From assembly GCA_045541395.1 (NCBI GenBank), contig JAZQIZ010000001.1, positions 107,701-171,700 on the forward strand: a DNA stretch of 64,000 nt. The letters are read 5' to 3'. The notes below the pieces were generated by a model, which was given only the letters and a program-made list of their open reading frames with translations, ran no database searches and was not told the DNA's origin. Both the position numbers and the translations under genes were made by a program. The DNA comes from Eubacteriales bacterium (lineage in GTDB: Bacteria; Bacillota; Clostridia; Oscillospirales; UMGS1783). This document shows positions 47,261 to 57,374 of this stretch, one piece after another; position 1 is the first letter of the stretch; every line of letters starts with the position of its first letter.

Positions 47261-48901
47261 TTAACTTTCAGTTGCTTTTTCTACAAGACGAACACCGCAA
47301 TATATTTCTCTCAACTTAGGCTTTTCAATTTTGCCTGTTGCATTACGGGGAACCTTTGCAAAAATTATTTTTTTAGGTCGTTTATAGCGGGGTAACTCTG
47401 CACAGAATTCATAAATCTCTTCTTCTGAGCAGGTATACTCAGGCTTTATTTCTATTATTGCAGTTGCGATTTCTCCTAAGCGTGAATCAGGAAGACCAAT
47501 AACAGCAACATCCTTGATTTTATCGTTTGCTCTGAGATAATCTTCAATCTGAACAGGATACAGGTTTTCACCGCCGCTGATAATAACATCTTTTTTACGG
47601 TCAACAAGATATATAAATCCGTCTTCATCTATCTTGGCCATATCGCCTGTAAGCAACCACTCACCCTTAATAACTTCATTTGTAGCGTCTGGATTCTTAT
47701 AGTAACAACGCATAACACCGGGGCCCTTAACTGCAAGTTCGCCAACCTGCCCCTGAGGTACCTCATTAAGGTTCTCGTCAACAACCTTTGTTTCCCATCC
47801 GTAACCAGCAACACCAATTGCGCCAACCTTATGTATATTTTCCATTCCAAGATGTACACAGCCGGGGCCAATAGATTCGGAGAGACCATAGTTGGTATCA
47901 TACTGATGCTCAGGGAAGACAGATTTCCATCTTCTGATAAGGCTTGGAGGAACAGGCTGTGCGCCAATATGCATAAGTCGCCATTGACCTAAACGGTAAT
48001 CAGATAATTTAACCTCTCCGCTTTCTATAGCATCGAGAATATCCTGTGCCCAGGGAACAAGAAGCCAAACTATAGTGGCTTTTTCTTCTGAAACGCACTG
48101 TAAAATCCATTCTGGCTTTACGCCTCTGAGGATAACTGCCTTAGACGCAGATAATAAACTGCCGAACCAATGCATTTTAGCACCGGTATGATATAGGGGA
48201 GGGATGCATAAAAATACATCGTCTTTAGTTTGCTGATGATGCGCCTGTTCGGTTAAACAGGAAGAAACCAGGGCCTTGTGACTATGTAAGATCGCTTTGG
48301 GAAAGCCTGTGGTGCCTGATGAAAAATAAATAGCGGCATCATCTTCATCTTGAATGTCTGTAGGTGGAACAATAGAAGAACAGCAATATACCATGTCAGC
48401 ATAATTATCTGCAAATGTAGGGGTATCATTTCTTTCTCCTACAAAAAAGAAATGCTTTATGTTAGAAAGCTTGTCCATTATCTGTTCAATTCGTTCTGTA
48501 AATTCAGGTCCAAAAATAAGGATTGAACAATCTGCCAAATCGGCACAGTATGCTATTTCATCGGAAGTGTATCTGTAGTTCATAGGTACAGCAAGTGCAC
48601 CTGTTTTAAGGATGCCAAAATATATAGGAAGCCATTCAATACAGTTCATTAGCAGGATAGCAACCTTATCACCTTTTTTTACTCTCCTTGTTATAAGAAG
48701 ATTTGCAAAACGATTTGAGTTTGTATCGAATTCACGCCAGGTTATTTCCCTGCGATATTTTTCACTTTCGGTTGCTTCGATAAGATTATACTCTCTCCAG
48801 GTAATATTTCGTTCCGGTTGATTTTGCGGAGTAATTTCAGCAAGAGCAACCTCGTTAGGGTATAATCGAGCATTCTTTTCAAGAAAATCAGTAATGGGCA
48901 T
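47261..48901 (-). CDS. AMP-forming acyl-CoA synthetase (class I adenylate-forming enzyme)
   Basis: FSSGTTGFPK, YGLSE, TGDMA, DRKKD.IISGGEN, PRNATGKI; GAGG RBS before ATG 48901. Confidence 0.9.
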   Translation of the reverse strand: MPITDFLEKNARLYPNEVALAEITPQNQPERNITWREYNLIEATESEKYRREITWREFDTNSNRFANLLITRRVKKGDKVAILLMNCIEWLPIYFGILKTGALAVPMNYRYTSDEIAYCADLADCSILIFGPEFTERIEQIMDKLSNIKHFFFVGERNDTPTFADNYADMVYCCSSIVPPTDIQDEDDAAIYFSSGTTGFPKAILHSHKALVSSCLTEQAHHQQTKDDVFLCIPPLYHTGAKMHWFGSLLSASKAVILRGVKPEWILQCVSEEKATIVWLLVPWAQDILDAIESGEVKLSDYRLGQWRLMHIGAQPVPPSLIRRWKSVFPEHQYDTNYGLSESIGPGCVHLGMENIHKVGAIGVAGYGWETKVVDENLNEVPQGQVGELAVKGPGVMRCYYKNPDATNEVIKGEWLLTGDMAKIDEDGFIYLVDRKKDVIISGGENLYPVQIEDYLRANDKIKDVAVIGLPDSRLGEIATAIIEIKPEYTCSEEEIYEFCAELPRYKRPKKIIFAKVPRNATGKIEKPKLREIYCGVRLVEKATES

Positions 48902-48971
48902 AATGCTTACCTCGCTTTTTTGCAAAAAAATGAATAAATACTCATTTTTCACTTGATTAAATATAAAAAAT

Positions 48972-49000
48972 ATTTTATCATTATTTTCGGCATATTACAA
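48972..49000 (-). promoter_or_regulatory. sigmaA promoter of acyl-CoA synthetase-ior-paaK operon
   Basis: Minus strand TTGTAA-17 bp-TAAAAT with extended TG. Confidence 0.5.
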
Positions 49001-49033
49001 GTAATTTTTATTATATTATTTTAAAAATAGGGG

Positions 49034-49062
49034 TTGCATAATACTTAGGGATATGCTATAAT
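49034..49062 (+). promoter_or_regulatory. sigmaA promoter of his operon
   Basis: TTGCAT-17 bp-TATAAT with extended TG. Confidence 0.7.
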
Positions 49063-49078
49063 CACTTTATTGGTTCAT

Positions 49079-49098
49079 CACTTTAATTCGATAAAGCA
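49079..49098. promoter_or_regulatory. HisR (TrpR/YerC-family) operator-like palindrome
   Basis: CACTTTA-attcga-TAAAGCA between promoter and hisZ RBS; extra CACTTTA half-site at 49063-69. Confidence 0.65.
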
Positions 49099-49113
49099 AA
49101 TAAGGAGTCTGAA

Positions 49114-50220
49114 ATGATAAATTCCATACTTAATAAAGAGGAAAGTTTAATACTTGAGCTTCGTAGTATTTTTGAGGCATATGGTTATAAGAAATACAGA
49201 ATGAATAGATTTGAAGAGTATTCTTTGTATATGAATAATAAGGATTTTCTTGTTAGTGAGTCTGTTATTTCCTTTACTAATCTTGATGGTAAACTACTTG
49301 CTCTTAAGCCTGACGTTACATTGTCTATAGTAAAATATGCAGCAATGGACCGAGAACAGAGATTGTATTATATTGAAAACGTTTATCGCCCTGATAAGGC
49401 CAAACGCAATTATTGTGAAATTGAGCAAATGGGCTTAGAAAGAATCGGTGTAATTGACGATTACGCTATTGCTGAAACATTATATTTAGCTGGTCGCAGC
49501 TTGAATACTGTTTCTAAAGATAGTCTTTTGGAAATAAGTCATATGGGTTATGTTTTTGGCTTATTTAATTATTATAATATTTCTTCTGAATATATTCCTG
49601 AATTGCTAAAGCTAATTGCCGGTAAAAACTCTGCCGGTATTAGAAAGTATGTTTTATCTATTGGCATCGAAGAGCAAGGAGCTGAAGCTATTTCTCAGAT
49701 ACCGTTTTTGTTTGGTGATTGGAATACTGTAATTGATAAGGCTAAAGCTTTGTGCTCTACAGATGAGTGTGCTGCTGCTCTTAAGCAGCTTGTGACACTT
49801 GGTAAATTATTATCCGATAACAAGGGTATTTGTCCTGTCCGACTTGATCTTTCTGTTGTTGGTGATTCGGATTATTATAACGGTATAATATTTAATGGTT
49901 ATATAAATGGGTTACCTGCTAAAGTACTATCCGGTGGCCAGTATGACAGAATACTAAAAAAACTAAGAAAAAGCGGTGGGGCAATTGGTTTTGCTATCTA
50001 TTTAAATGAATTAAGTTATATTTTAGCCTCGAAATATGATTATGATTGTGATATAATAATTAAATATGATTCCGAAGATGATATTTCTGACCTCAATAAA
50101 TTTATTAACACACTTATAAAAGAGGGTAAAACTGTTTATGCGTGTCTCAAAGGTTTGAAAACAGATATTAGAGCTAAAGAAGAGATTATTTTTAATGGTG
50201 AGCTTGTGGAGGAAATGTAA
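49114..50220 (+). CDS. hisZ: ATP phosphoribosyltransferase regulatory subunit
   Basis: LALKPDVTLSI, QMGLE, YYNGIIF, SGGQYD, AIGFAI; precedes short HisG. Confidence 0.9.
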   Translation: MINSILNKEESLILELRSIFEAYGYKKYRMNRFEEYSLYMNNKDFLVSESVISFTNLDGKLLALKPDVTLSIVKYAAMDREQRLYYIENVYRPDKAKRNYCEIEQMGLERIGVIDDYAIAETLYLAGRSLNTVSKDSLLEISHMGYVFGLFNYYNISSEYIPELLKLIAGKNSAGIRKYVLSIGIEEQGAEAISQIPFLFGDWNTVIDKAKALCSTDECAAALKQLVTLGKLLSDNKGICPVRLDLSVVGDSDYYNGIIFNGYINGLPAKVLSGGQYDRILKKLRKSGGAIGFAIYLNELSYILASKYDYDCDIIIKYDSEDDISDLNKFINTLIKEGKTVYACLKGLKTDIRAKEEIIFNGELVEEM

Positions 50221-50847
50221 ATGCTGACAATCGCATTACCAAAAGGCAGACTTGGTAATTCTGTTTATAAAATATTGGAACAATCCGGGTATGGCTGTCC
50301 GGAAATGAACGAAAGCAGCCGTAAACTTGTATTTGAAAATAAAGAGGCCGGTGTAAGATATCTTACAGTTAAGCCATCTGACGTTACAGTATATGTTGAA
50401 AGAGGCGCTGCTGATGTAGGTATAGCAGGTAAGGATATTTTGTCTGAAACAGAAGCTAACGTTTATGAACTTCTGGATTTAGGTTTTGGTAAGTGCCGAA
50501 TGGCGGTTGCGGCAAAACGTAATTTTCAGGATGATACCGATAGGGCACTTCGTGTTGCAACCAAGTTTGTCAATATAGCTAACAAGCATTATGCAAATAA
50601 GGGAAGAGTTATTGACATTATTCCTTTGCATGGCAGCATTGAACTTGCACCTATACTTGGAATGTCCGATGTTATTGTAGATATTGTTGAAAGCGGAAGT
50701 ACACTAAAGGAAAATGACCTTGTTGTTATAGAAGAGTTTATGCAGATATCAGCAAGGTTTATAGTTAATCAGTCTAGCTATAAGTTTAAACAGAATGAGA
50801 TAGACTGTATGGTAGAAAAGCTTAAGGAGGCTATTGGTAATGATTAA
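50221..50847 (+). CDS. hisG: ATP phosphoribosyltransferase (short form)
   Basis: IALPKGR, GIAGKD, VATKF, GSIELAP, DIVESGSTLKEN. Confidence 0.96.
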   Translation: MLTIALPKGRLGNSVYKILEQSGYGCPEMNESSRKLVFENKEAGVRYLTVKPSDVTVYVERGAADVGIAGKDILSETEANVYELLDLGFGKCRMAVAAKRNFQDDTDRALRVATKFVNIANKHYANKGRVIDIIPLHGSIELAPILGMSDVIVDIVESGSTLKENDLVVIEEFMQISARFIVNQSSYKFKQNEIDCMVEKLKEAIGND

Positions 50848-52117
50848 AATTTTTGATTCAAATAAATGCTCAAAAAAAGAATTGCTGGACAGAGTTTTGC
50901 CTGAAACTCCACAGGTTGATACCATAGTTAAGGATATTATAGAAAATGTTATACAGAATGGCGATGAGGCGCTTTATGAATATGCATTAAAATTCGACGG
51001 TGCATTACTAGAAGAACTTGAAGTCTCTCAACAGGAAATAGATACTGCACTTAATGAAATAAACAGAGATTTTATTGTAACCTTAGAAATGGCAAAAGAG
51101 AACATTTCGGATTTTCACAAACGTCAGGTGAGACAAAGTTTTGTTGCGGATGCAAAAGAGGGTATTGTACTCGGACAAAGAGTGATTCCTCTTGAAAGAG
51201 TCGGAATTTACGTTCCAGGCGGAACTGCAAGTTATCCCAGTACGGTATTAATGAATGCTGTACCTGCAAAGATCGCCGGAGTCAAGGAAATAATTATGGT
51301 TACTCCGCCCGATAAAAACGGCAGAATAGCCAATGAAATCCTGGTTGCAGCCCACCTTGCAGGTGTTGACAGAATATTTAAAATCGGCGGTGCGGGCTCT
51401 ATTGCGGCTTTAGCTTATGGTACTGAATCTGTTCCTGTTGTAGATAAAATCGTTGGCCCCGGAAATGTATTTGTTGCTACGGCTAAGCGTATGGTTTTTG
51501 GAAAAGTTGCAATAGATATGGTTGCGGGCCCCAGCGAAATACTTGTTGTTGCTGATGGCAGTTGTAATCCTGCTTATGTTGCTGCAGATCTGCTTTCTCA
51601 GGCAGAACATGATAAACTTGCATCTTCCGTTCTTGTTACAGATAGCTTGGAGTTGGCAGAGGCAGTGAGAGATGAGCTTGAAGTTCAGCTTCCTTTACTG
51701 GAGAGATATGAAATAGCACGCGAAAGTATAGATAATAACGGTAAGATCATAGTTGTTAATAATATTTTGGATGCAGTTGATATTGCAAACGAATACGCTC
51801 CTGAGCATCTTGAACTTAGCGTTGATAATCCTATGGGGCTACTGCCATATATAAAGAACGCAGGTAGTGTATTCCTTGGTAAGAATGTTCCCGAAGCTTT
51901 GGGGGATTACTTTGCAGGGCCTAATCATACCTTACCCACTAGCGGTACTGCAAGATTTGCCAGTCCTTTGGGCGTTGATGATTTTGTTAAAAGAAGCAGT
52001 TTTATTTATTACAGCAAAGAAGCTCTTGGTAAGGTTCAGGAGCGTATAGTAGATTTTGCTACCCGTGAAGGTCTTACCGCTCATGGGAGAAGTATTGCAA
52101 TTAGATTTGAGGATTGA
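50840..52117 (+). CDS. hisD: Histidinol dehydrogenase
   Basis: YVPGG, GPGN, AGPSE, QAEHD, APEHL, GDYFAGPNHTLPT. Confidence 0.97.
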   Translation: MIKIFDSNKCSKKELLDRVLPETPQVDTIVKDIIENVIQNGDEALYEYALKFDGALLEELEVSQQEIDTALNEINRDFIVTLEMAKENISDFHKRQVRQSFVADAKEGIVLGQRVIPLERVGIYVPGGTASYPSTVLMNAVPAKIAGVKEIIMVTPPDKNGRIANEILVAAHLAGVDRIFKIGGAGSIAALAYGTESVPVVDKIVGPGNVFVATAKRMVFGKVAIDMVAGPSEILVVADGSCNPAYVAADLLSQAEHDKLASSVLVTDSLELAEAVRDELEVQLPLLERYEIARESIDNNGKIIVVNNILDAVDIANEYAPEHLELSVDNPMGLLPYIKNAGSVFLGKNVPEALGDYFAGPNHTLPTSGTARFASPLGVDDFVKRSSFIYYSKEALGKVQERIVDFATREGLTAHGRSIAIRFED

Positions 52118-52131
52118 AAAGAGGATACATA

Positions 52132-53205
52132 ATGAGCAGGTTTCTTTCAGAAAAGCTTAACGTTTTGAAACCGTATATTCCGGGTGAACAGCCGCAGGAT
52201 ATGAAATATATTAAATTAAATACTAATGAATCCCCATATCCACCTGCACCTGCAATTGCAAAGGCTTTAAATGAAAATGAGGTAAATAATCTTCGGCTGT
52301 ATTCTGACCCCGAATTAAAAGACCTTATTGATGCAATTGCGCAGTATCATGGACTTAACCCTAAAAACGTGTTTTGTTCTAACGGCAGTGATGAAGTTTT
52401 AAGCTTTGCATTTTTAGCATGGGGTTCAAGGGGTGTTGCTTATGCAGATATTACATATGGTTTTTATCCTGTATTTACCGAGCTTTACGGTCTGGAAGAA
52501 ACTATAATTCCATTGAAAGATGATTTTTCTATTGATTATAAGGATTATCTGGGACTCAGTAAGATGTGCGTTATTGCTAATCCTAATGCACCTACAGGTA
52601 AGGCGATCTCTGTTGATGAGATAAAAGAAATTGCAATAAGCAATCCGGATAACGTAGTTATTGTAGATGAAGCCTATGTGGATTTCGGGGCAGAAAGCGC
52701 GCTGCGACTTATAAATAATTATAATAACGTTTTAGTTGTAAGAACCTTTTCAAAGTCACGTCAGCTTGCAGGCGCCCGTCTTGGATATGCTATGGGCAGT
52801 GAAGAGTTGATAGGTGACTTAAACAGAATTAAATTCAGTTTTAATCCTTATAACGTAAACCGTCTTACGGCTCTTGCAGGAAGGTTATCAATACTTGATA
52901 ATGATTGGTTTGAAAACTGTAGAGCAAATATTATAGACACCCGAGAGTTCACTGTTAATGAACTCAGAAGCAAAGGCTTTAAGGTTATAGATAGTTTAGC
53001 AAACTTTATATTTGTAAAGCCATGTAATATTTCCGGTGAAGAGTATTATTTAATGCTTAAGAAAAATGGTGTTCTTGTAAGATATTTTAATAAAGCCAGA
53101 ATTTCTGATTACGTAAGAATAACAATTGGCACAAAAGAAGATATGGAGATCCTTTTAAATAAAACAGATTTGATAATTAAGGAGAGTAAAAATGAGAGTT
53201 GCTGA
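52132..53205 (+). CDS. hisC: Histidinol-phosphate aminotransferase
   Basis: KLNTNESP, NGSDE, NPNAPTG, DEAYVDF, RTFSK, RITIG. Confidence 0.95.
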   Translation: MSRFLSEKLNVLKPYIPGEQPQDMKYIKLNTNESPYPPAPAIAKALNENEVNNLRLYSDPELKDLIDAIAQYHGLNPKNVFCSNGSDEVLSFAFLAWGSRGVAYADITYGFYPVFTELYGLEETIIPLKDDFSIDYKDYLGLSKMCVIANPNAPTGKAISVDEIKEIAISNPDNVVIVDEAYVDFGAESALRLINNYNNVLVVRTFSKSRQLAGARLGYAMGSEELIGDLNRIKFSFNPYNVNRLTALAGRLSILDNDWFENCRANIIDTREFTVNELRSKGFKVIDSLANFIFVKPCNISGEEYYLMLKKNGVLVRYFNKARISDYVRITIGTKEDMEILLNKTDLIIKESKNESC

Positions 53206-53779
53206 GATCAACAGAAAAACTACCGAAACTGATATTTTTTTAAAACTTAATATTGACGGTTCCGGTATGTATGAGATCAATACCGGCTGCGGTTTTTTGA
53301 ATCATATGCTTGAGTTATTTACAAGATACTCCCGTATGGACCTTACCGTTAATTGTATTGGGGATACTTATGTTGATTATCACCATACAACCGAGGATAT
53401 AGGTATAGCATTGGGCATGGCATTAAAAGAGGCCCTAGGTGATGCAAGAGGAATTTCGCGATACGGCAATTTTTATCTTCCTATGGATGAAGCTTTGGTT
53501 CTTTGCGCTATTGATATTTCCGGCAGATCATTCTGTGCCTGTAATTTAGAGTTGGAGAATCCTAAGGTTGGTGATTTTGACACTGAACTTGTAGAGGAGT
53601 TCTTTATGGCGTTTTGCCGTACTGCAGGTGTTACTTTGCATATAAAGAAAATGTCAGGCAGTAATACACATCACATTATAGAGGCGTCATTTAAGGGATT
53701 TGGTAAGGCTATGCGACAGGCAGTTGGAATTGACAGTGCTTTTTCAAATGAAATTCCCAGTACAAAAGGTATATTATAA
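53192..53779 (+). CDS. hisB: Imidazoleglycerol-phosphate dehydratase
   Basis: RKTTETDI, HHTTED, PMDEAL, NTHHIIE, PSTKG. Confidence 0.96.
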   Translation: MRVAEINRKTTETDIFLKLNIDGSGMYEINTGCGFLNHMLELFTRYSRMDLTVNCIGDTYVDYHHTTEDIGIALGMALKEALGDARGISRYGNFYLPMDEALVLCAIDISGRSFCACNLELENPKVGDFDTELVEEFFMAFCRTAGVTLHIKKMSGSNTHHIIEASFKGFGKAMRQAVGIDSAFSNEIPSTKGIL

Positions 53780-54402
53780 TGGCTAAGAATGTTACTGCTA
53801 TAATAGATTACGGAGTTGGTAATCTGTTTAGCTTAAAATCAAGTTTTTCTGCTTGCGGCGCAGATTGTGTTGTTACAAATGATCCGCAAGTGCTTAAGAG
53901 TGCATCCAGAATTGTGCTGCCTGGTGTAGGAGCTTTTGAAGATGCTGCCAAAAAGCTTTTTGATTCCAATCTGGTACCGATTATTAAGGAGCAGGTGAAT
54001 AATGGTAAGCCGATGCTTGGTATTTGTCTTGGAATGCAGTTATTGTTTGAAAAGAGTTATGAATACGGTGAACACAGTGGTCTTGGCTTTATTCCCGGTA
54101 AAGTAATTCCTTTAAAAGATGAAAAAGAATGTGAAGGTTTAAAGATTCCTCATATAGGTTGGAACAAGCTAGAATTCGTTACAGACGAACCGTTATTTAA
54201 GTATTTAAACAAAGATTCCTATGTATATTACGTACACAGTTTTTATGCAAAAACTTCAAAGGAGTATATTACATCGGTTAGTGAATACGGTATTTCTGTT
54301 ACAGGCTCAGTTCGAAACGGCAACGTTATGGGAACTCAGTTCCATCCGGAAAAGAGTGGTAACTGCGGAATTAATATACTTAAAGCTTTTTGTGAAATGT
54401 AA
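53779..54402 (+). CDS. hisH: Imidazole glycerol phosphate synthase, glutaminase subunit
   Basis: DYGVGN, LPGVGAF, GICLGMQ, PHIGWN, QFHPEKS (triad intact). Confidence 0.96.
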   Translation: MAKNVTAIIDYGVGNLFSLKSSFSACGADCVVTNDPQVLKSASRIVLPGVGAFEDAAKKLFDSNLVPIIKEQVNNGKPMLGICLGMQLLFEKSYEYGEHSGLGFIPGKVIPLKDEKECEGLKIPHIGWNKLEFVTDEPLFKYLNKDSYVYYVHSFYAKTSKEYITSVSEYGISVTGSVRNGNVMGTQFHPEKSGNCGINILKAFCEM

Positions 54403-54412
54403 GGAGCTAATA

Positions 54413-55132
54413 ATGAAAATATATCCTGCAATAGATTTAAGAAACGGAAAAGCTGTCAGGCTTACTCAGGGAGATTACGACCGTATGACAGTATACAGTA
54501 ATAACCCCGTAGAGGTTGCTAAAAGCTTTTTTGAGGCAGGTGCAAGATATCTGCATATTGTAGACCTTGACGGTGCGAAAGATGGTACTATGTCCAATTT
54601 TGGCGTTATTAAGGATATTGTAGCTGCAACCGGAATGTTTTGTGAGGTTGGAGGCGGAATAAGAAACCTTGAAAGAATAGAAGAATATCTGAAAGTTGGT
54701 GCCGGTAGGGTAATTTTAGGTACTGCTGCTGTGAACGATCCTGAATTTTTAAAGGAAGCGATTAAAAAATACGGTAACAAAATTGCTGTAGGCGTAGATG
54801 CAAAAGACGGATACGTTGCAGTTGACGGTTGGTTAAACGTTACTGAAGTCAATGGTATTGAGTTTTGCTATAAATTAAGGGATATGGGTGTAGATACAGT
54901 AATTTATACTGATATTGCAAAGGATGGCAATATGTGCGGCACTAATATTCCATTATACAAAGAGCTTTCAATAATCGACGGTCTTAATATAACTGCAAGC
55001 GGCGGAATTTCATCTCTTGAGGAAATTGCTGAACTTAGTAATATGAATATTGCAAATGCAATTTTAGGTAAGGCTTTATATACAGGGACATTGGACCTCT
55101 CTAAAGCCATTGATTGTGGAGGCAGACAGTGA
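54413..55132 (+). CDS. hisA: ProFAR isomerase
   Basis: IYPAIDL..GKAVRL.QG, HIVDLDGA, GGGIR, TDIAKDG, ASGG; AAGGAG RBS before ATG 54413. Confidence 0.95.
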   Translation: MKIYPAIDLRNGKAVRLTQGDYDRMTVYSNNPVEVAKSFFEAGARYLHIVDLDGAKDGTMSNFGVIKDIVAATGMFCEVGGGIRNLERIEEYLKVGAGRVILGTAAVNDPEFLKEAIKKYGNKIAVGVDAKDGYVAVDGWLNVTEVNGIEFCYKLRDMGVDTVIYTDIAKDGNMCGTNIPLYKELSIIDGLNITASGGISSLEEIAELSNMNIANAILGKALYTGTLDLSKAIDCGGRQ

Positions 55133-55887
55133 TAACAAAAAGAATAATACCTTGTCTTGATGTTAGAAACGGCAGGGTAGTTAAAGGCGTTAATTTTGAA
55201 GGAATTAAGGATATTGCCGATCCTGTAGATATGGCAAAATTTTATAACGACTCAGGTGCCGATGAACTTGTGTTTTATGATATTACCGCTACCTTTGATG
55301 GTCGTAAGCTTTTTACCGATATTTTAACTTCAGTTGCTAATCAGGTTTTCATACCCCTTACTGTAGGTGGTGGCATTAATACCCTTGATGATTTTGATAG
55401 GGTACTAAAGTGTGGAGCCGATAAAGTAAGCGTAAACAGTGGCGCAATAAGAAATCCTGATCTTATAGAACAGGCAGCAAAAAAATACGGTGATCAGTGT
55501 GTTGTGCTTTCAATGGACGTTAAGCGTACAGAAAAAGGTTTTTCTGTGTTTGCCAGAGGCGGACGAGATAATACAGGTATTGATGCTATTGAATGGGCAA
55601 AGCTGGGAGTGCAAAAAGGCGCGGGAGAGCTGGTTATTAACAGTATAGATACTGATGGTGTAAGAAACGGCTTTGATATTGAACTGTTGAATGCTATTTC
55701 CGAGGTGGTTGATGTTCCTATTATTGCTTCCGGTGGAGCCGGATGTATGGAGGATTTTAAGCTTTTATTTGAAAGTAATTCTAAAATTGATGCAGGCTTA
55801 GCGGCAGGCATTTTTCATACTAAAAAAGTATCTATTACAGAACTCAAACAGTATTTAAGAACAAACGGAATTGAAATGAGGGTATAA
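55129..55887 (+). CDS. hisF: Imidazole glycerol phosphate synthase, cyclase subunit
   Basis: [34 protein letters not shown]; GTG start overlapping the hisA stop. Confidence 0.96.
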   Translation: MITKRIIPCLDVRNGRVVKGVNFEGIKDIADPVDMAKFYNDSGADELVFYDITATFDGRKLFTDILTSVANQVFIPLTVGGGINTLDDFDRVLKCGADKVSVNSGAIRNPDLIEQAAKKYGDQCVVLSMDVKRTEKGFSVFARGGRDNTGIDAIEWAKLGVQKGAGELVINSIDTDGVRNGFDIELLNAISEVVDVPIIASGGAGCMEDFKLLFESNSKIDAGLAAGIFHTKKVSITELKQYLRTNGIEMRV

Positions 55888-55889
55888 TA

Positions 55890-56525
55890 ATGAGTTTAAA
55901 ATTTGATGAAAAAGGTTTAATTCCTGTAATTGTTCAGGATCATTATACAAAGCAGGTTTTAACTTTAGCATACATGAATGAAGAAAGTCTTGCTATTACC
56001 ATTGCAGAAAAAAAGACTTGTTTTTTCAGTAGAAGCAGACAGTGTCTGTGGCGCAAGGGTGAAACCAGCGGTAATTTCCAACATGTAGTTTCTATTACTG
56101 CAGATTGTGATGGCGATGCCCTTGTAGTAGAGGTTAAGAAGGATGGTCCTGCGTGCCATACGGGCAGTGAAAGTTGTTTTTATGATCCTATATTTGTCAG
56201 CGATGAAATCAAGCCCTTTTGCTATGAAGGCCTGTATAATTTAATTAAGGGCAGAAAAGACGACCCCAAAGAAGGTAGCTATACTACTTATTTATTTAGT
56301 AAGGGCCTTGATAAAATACTGAAAAAAATAGGTGAGGAGTGTACTGAAGTAATAATTGCAGGTGCAAAAGAAGATAAAGAAGAAACAATTTATGAGCTTG
56401 CAGATCTAATTTATCACTGTATGGTTCTTATGGTTAATGCAGATATCACTCTTGAGGACGTTACGGAAGAATTATCTAAGAGACACGTAATTGACCATAA
56501 AGTTAAGCAGGAGAGAATGCAATGA
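55890..56525 (+). CDS. hisIE: Bifunctional phosphoribosyl-AMP cyclohydrolase / phosphoribosyl-ATP pyrophosphatase
   Basis: [38 protein letters not shown]. Confidence 0.95.
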   Translation: MSLKFDEKGLIPVIVQDHYTKQVLTLAYMNEESLAITIAEKKTCFFSRSRQCLWRKGETSGNFQHVVSITADCDGDALVVEVKKDGPACHTGSESCFYDPIFVSDEIKPFCYEGLYNLIKGRKDDPKEGSYTTYLFSKGLDKILKKIGEECTEVIIAGAKEDKEETIYELADLIYHCMVLMVNADITLEDVTEELSKRHVIDHKVKQERMQ

Positions 56526-57337
56526 TTTCTTGCGTACACACACATTCCGATTTTTGCGATGGCAAAAATACAATGGCTCAAATGGCAAAATCAGCATATG
56601 AACTTGGAATTAAGGTATATGGGTTTTCAAGCCACTCTTACTTTCCCGATTATGATTTCGGCATGAAAGAATCAGTGTTACAGGATTATTATAATACTGC
56701 TATGACCTTAAAGGAAGAATATACCGGCAAAATGGATATCCTTTGCGGAATTGAAATCGATGAAACTATCCCTGATGATTATCCATATAAAATCTTTGAT
56801 TATATTATAGGTTCTTCTCATGCAGTGAAGGCGGAAAACGATACATATTATATGGTTGATCATTCTCCCGAATGTTTCTTGCAATCAATATCTGAAGGTT
56901 TTAATGGTAAAGTATCAGAGTTTATTTATGAGTATTATAAACAGTTTTCCAGGTTTATAAATACAGTTAAGCCGGATATTATAGGCCATTTTGATCTCAT
57001 CTGTAAGTTCAATAAAAATAACAGATTCTTTGATGAAGATTCAAAAGAATACAAAGAAATTGCCTTAAATGCCTTAGATGAGGCTATAAAATCAAATAGT
57101 GTTTTTGAAATCAATAGCGGTGCCATTAGTCGAGGATATATGGAAAGACCTTATCCTGACAGATTTTTACTTGAAAGAATTTTTGAAAAGCATGGTAGAG
57201 TTATAATTACTACTGATACTCATTCTATCAATACCATAGATTTCTTTGAAAAGGAGTCTAAAGAAATACTTAAGTCTGTTGGTTTTAAAGAGGTGTATCA
57301 CCTTGGAGTTAACGGATTTTTTGCCGAAAAAATATAA
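56522..57337 (+). CDS. hisK: Histidinol-phosphatase, PHP family
   Basis: [29 protein letters not shown]; last gene of the his operon. Confidence 0.85.
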   Translation: MISCVHTHSDFCDGKNTMAQMAKSAYELGIKVYGFSSHSYFPDYDFGMKESVLQDYYNTAMTLKEEYTGKMDILCGIEIDETIPDDYPYKIFDYIIGSSHAVKAENDTYYMVDHSPECFLQSISEGFNGKVSEFIYEYYKQFSRFINTVKPDIIGHFDLICKFNKNNRFFDEDSKEYKEIALNALDEAIKSNSVFEINSGAISRGYMERPYPDRFLLERIFEKHGRVIITTDTHSINTIDFFEKESKEILKSVGFKEVYHLGVNGFFAEKI

Positions 57338-57374
57338 ATAGTCCATATAAACTATAAATAATTTGAGGTGTATT

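Noticed and set aside
54221-54412. Long N-terminal extension of HisA overlapping hisH (similarly argB 21813-21902)
   Set aside because: True starts with RBS are at 54413 and 21903; the extensions overlap upstream genes and lack homology
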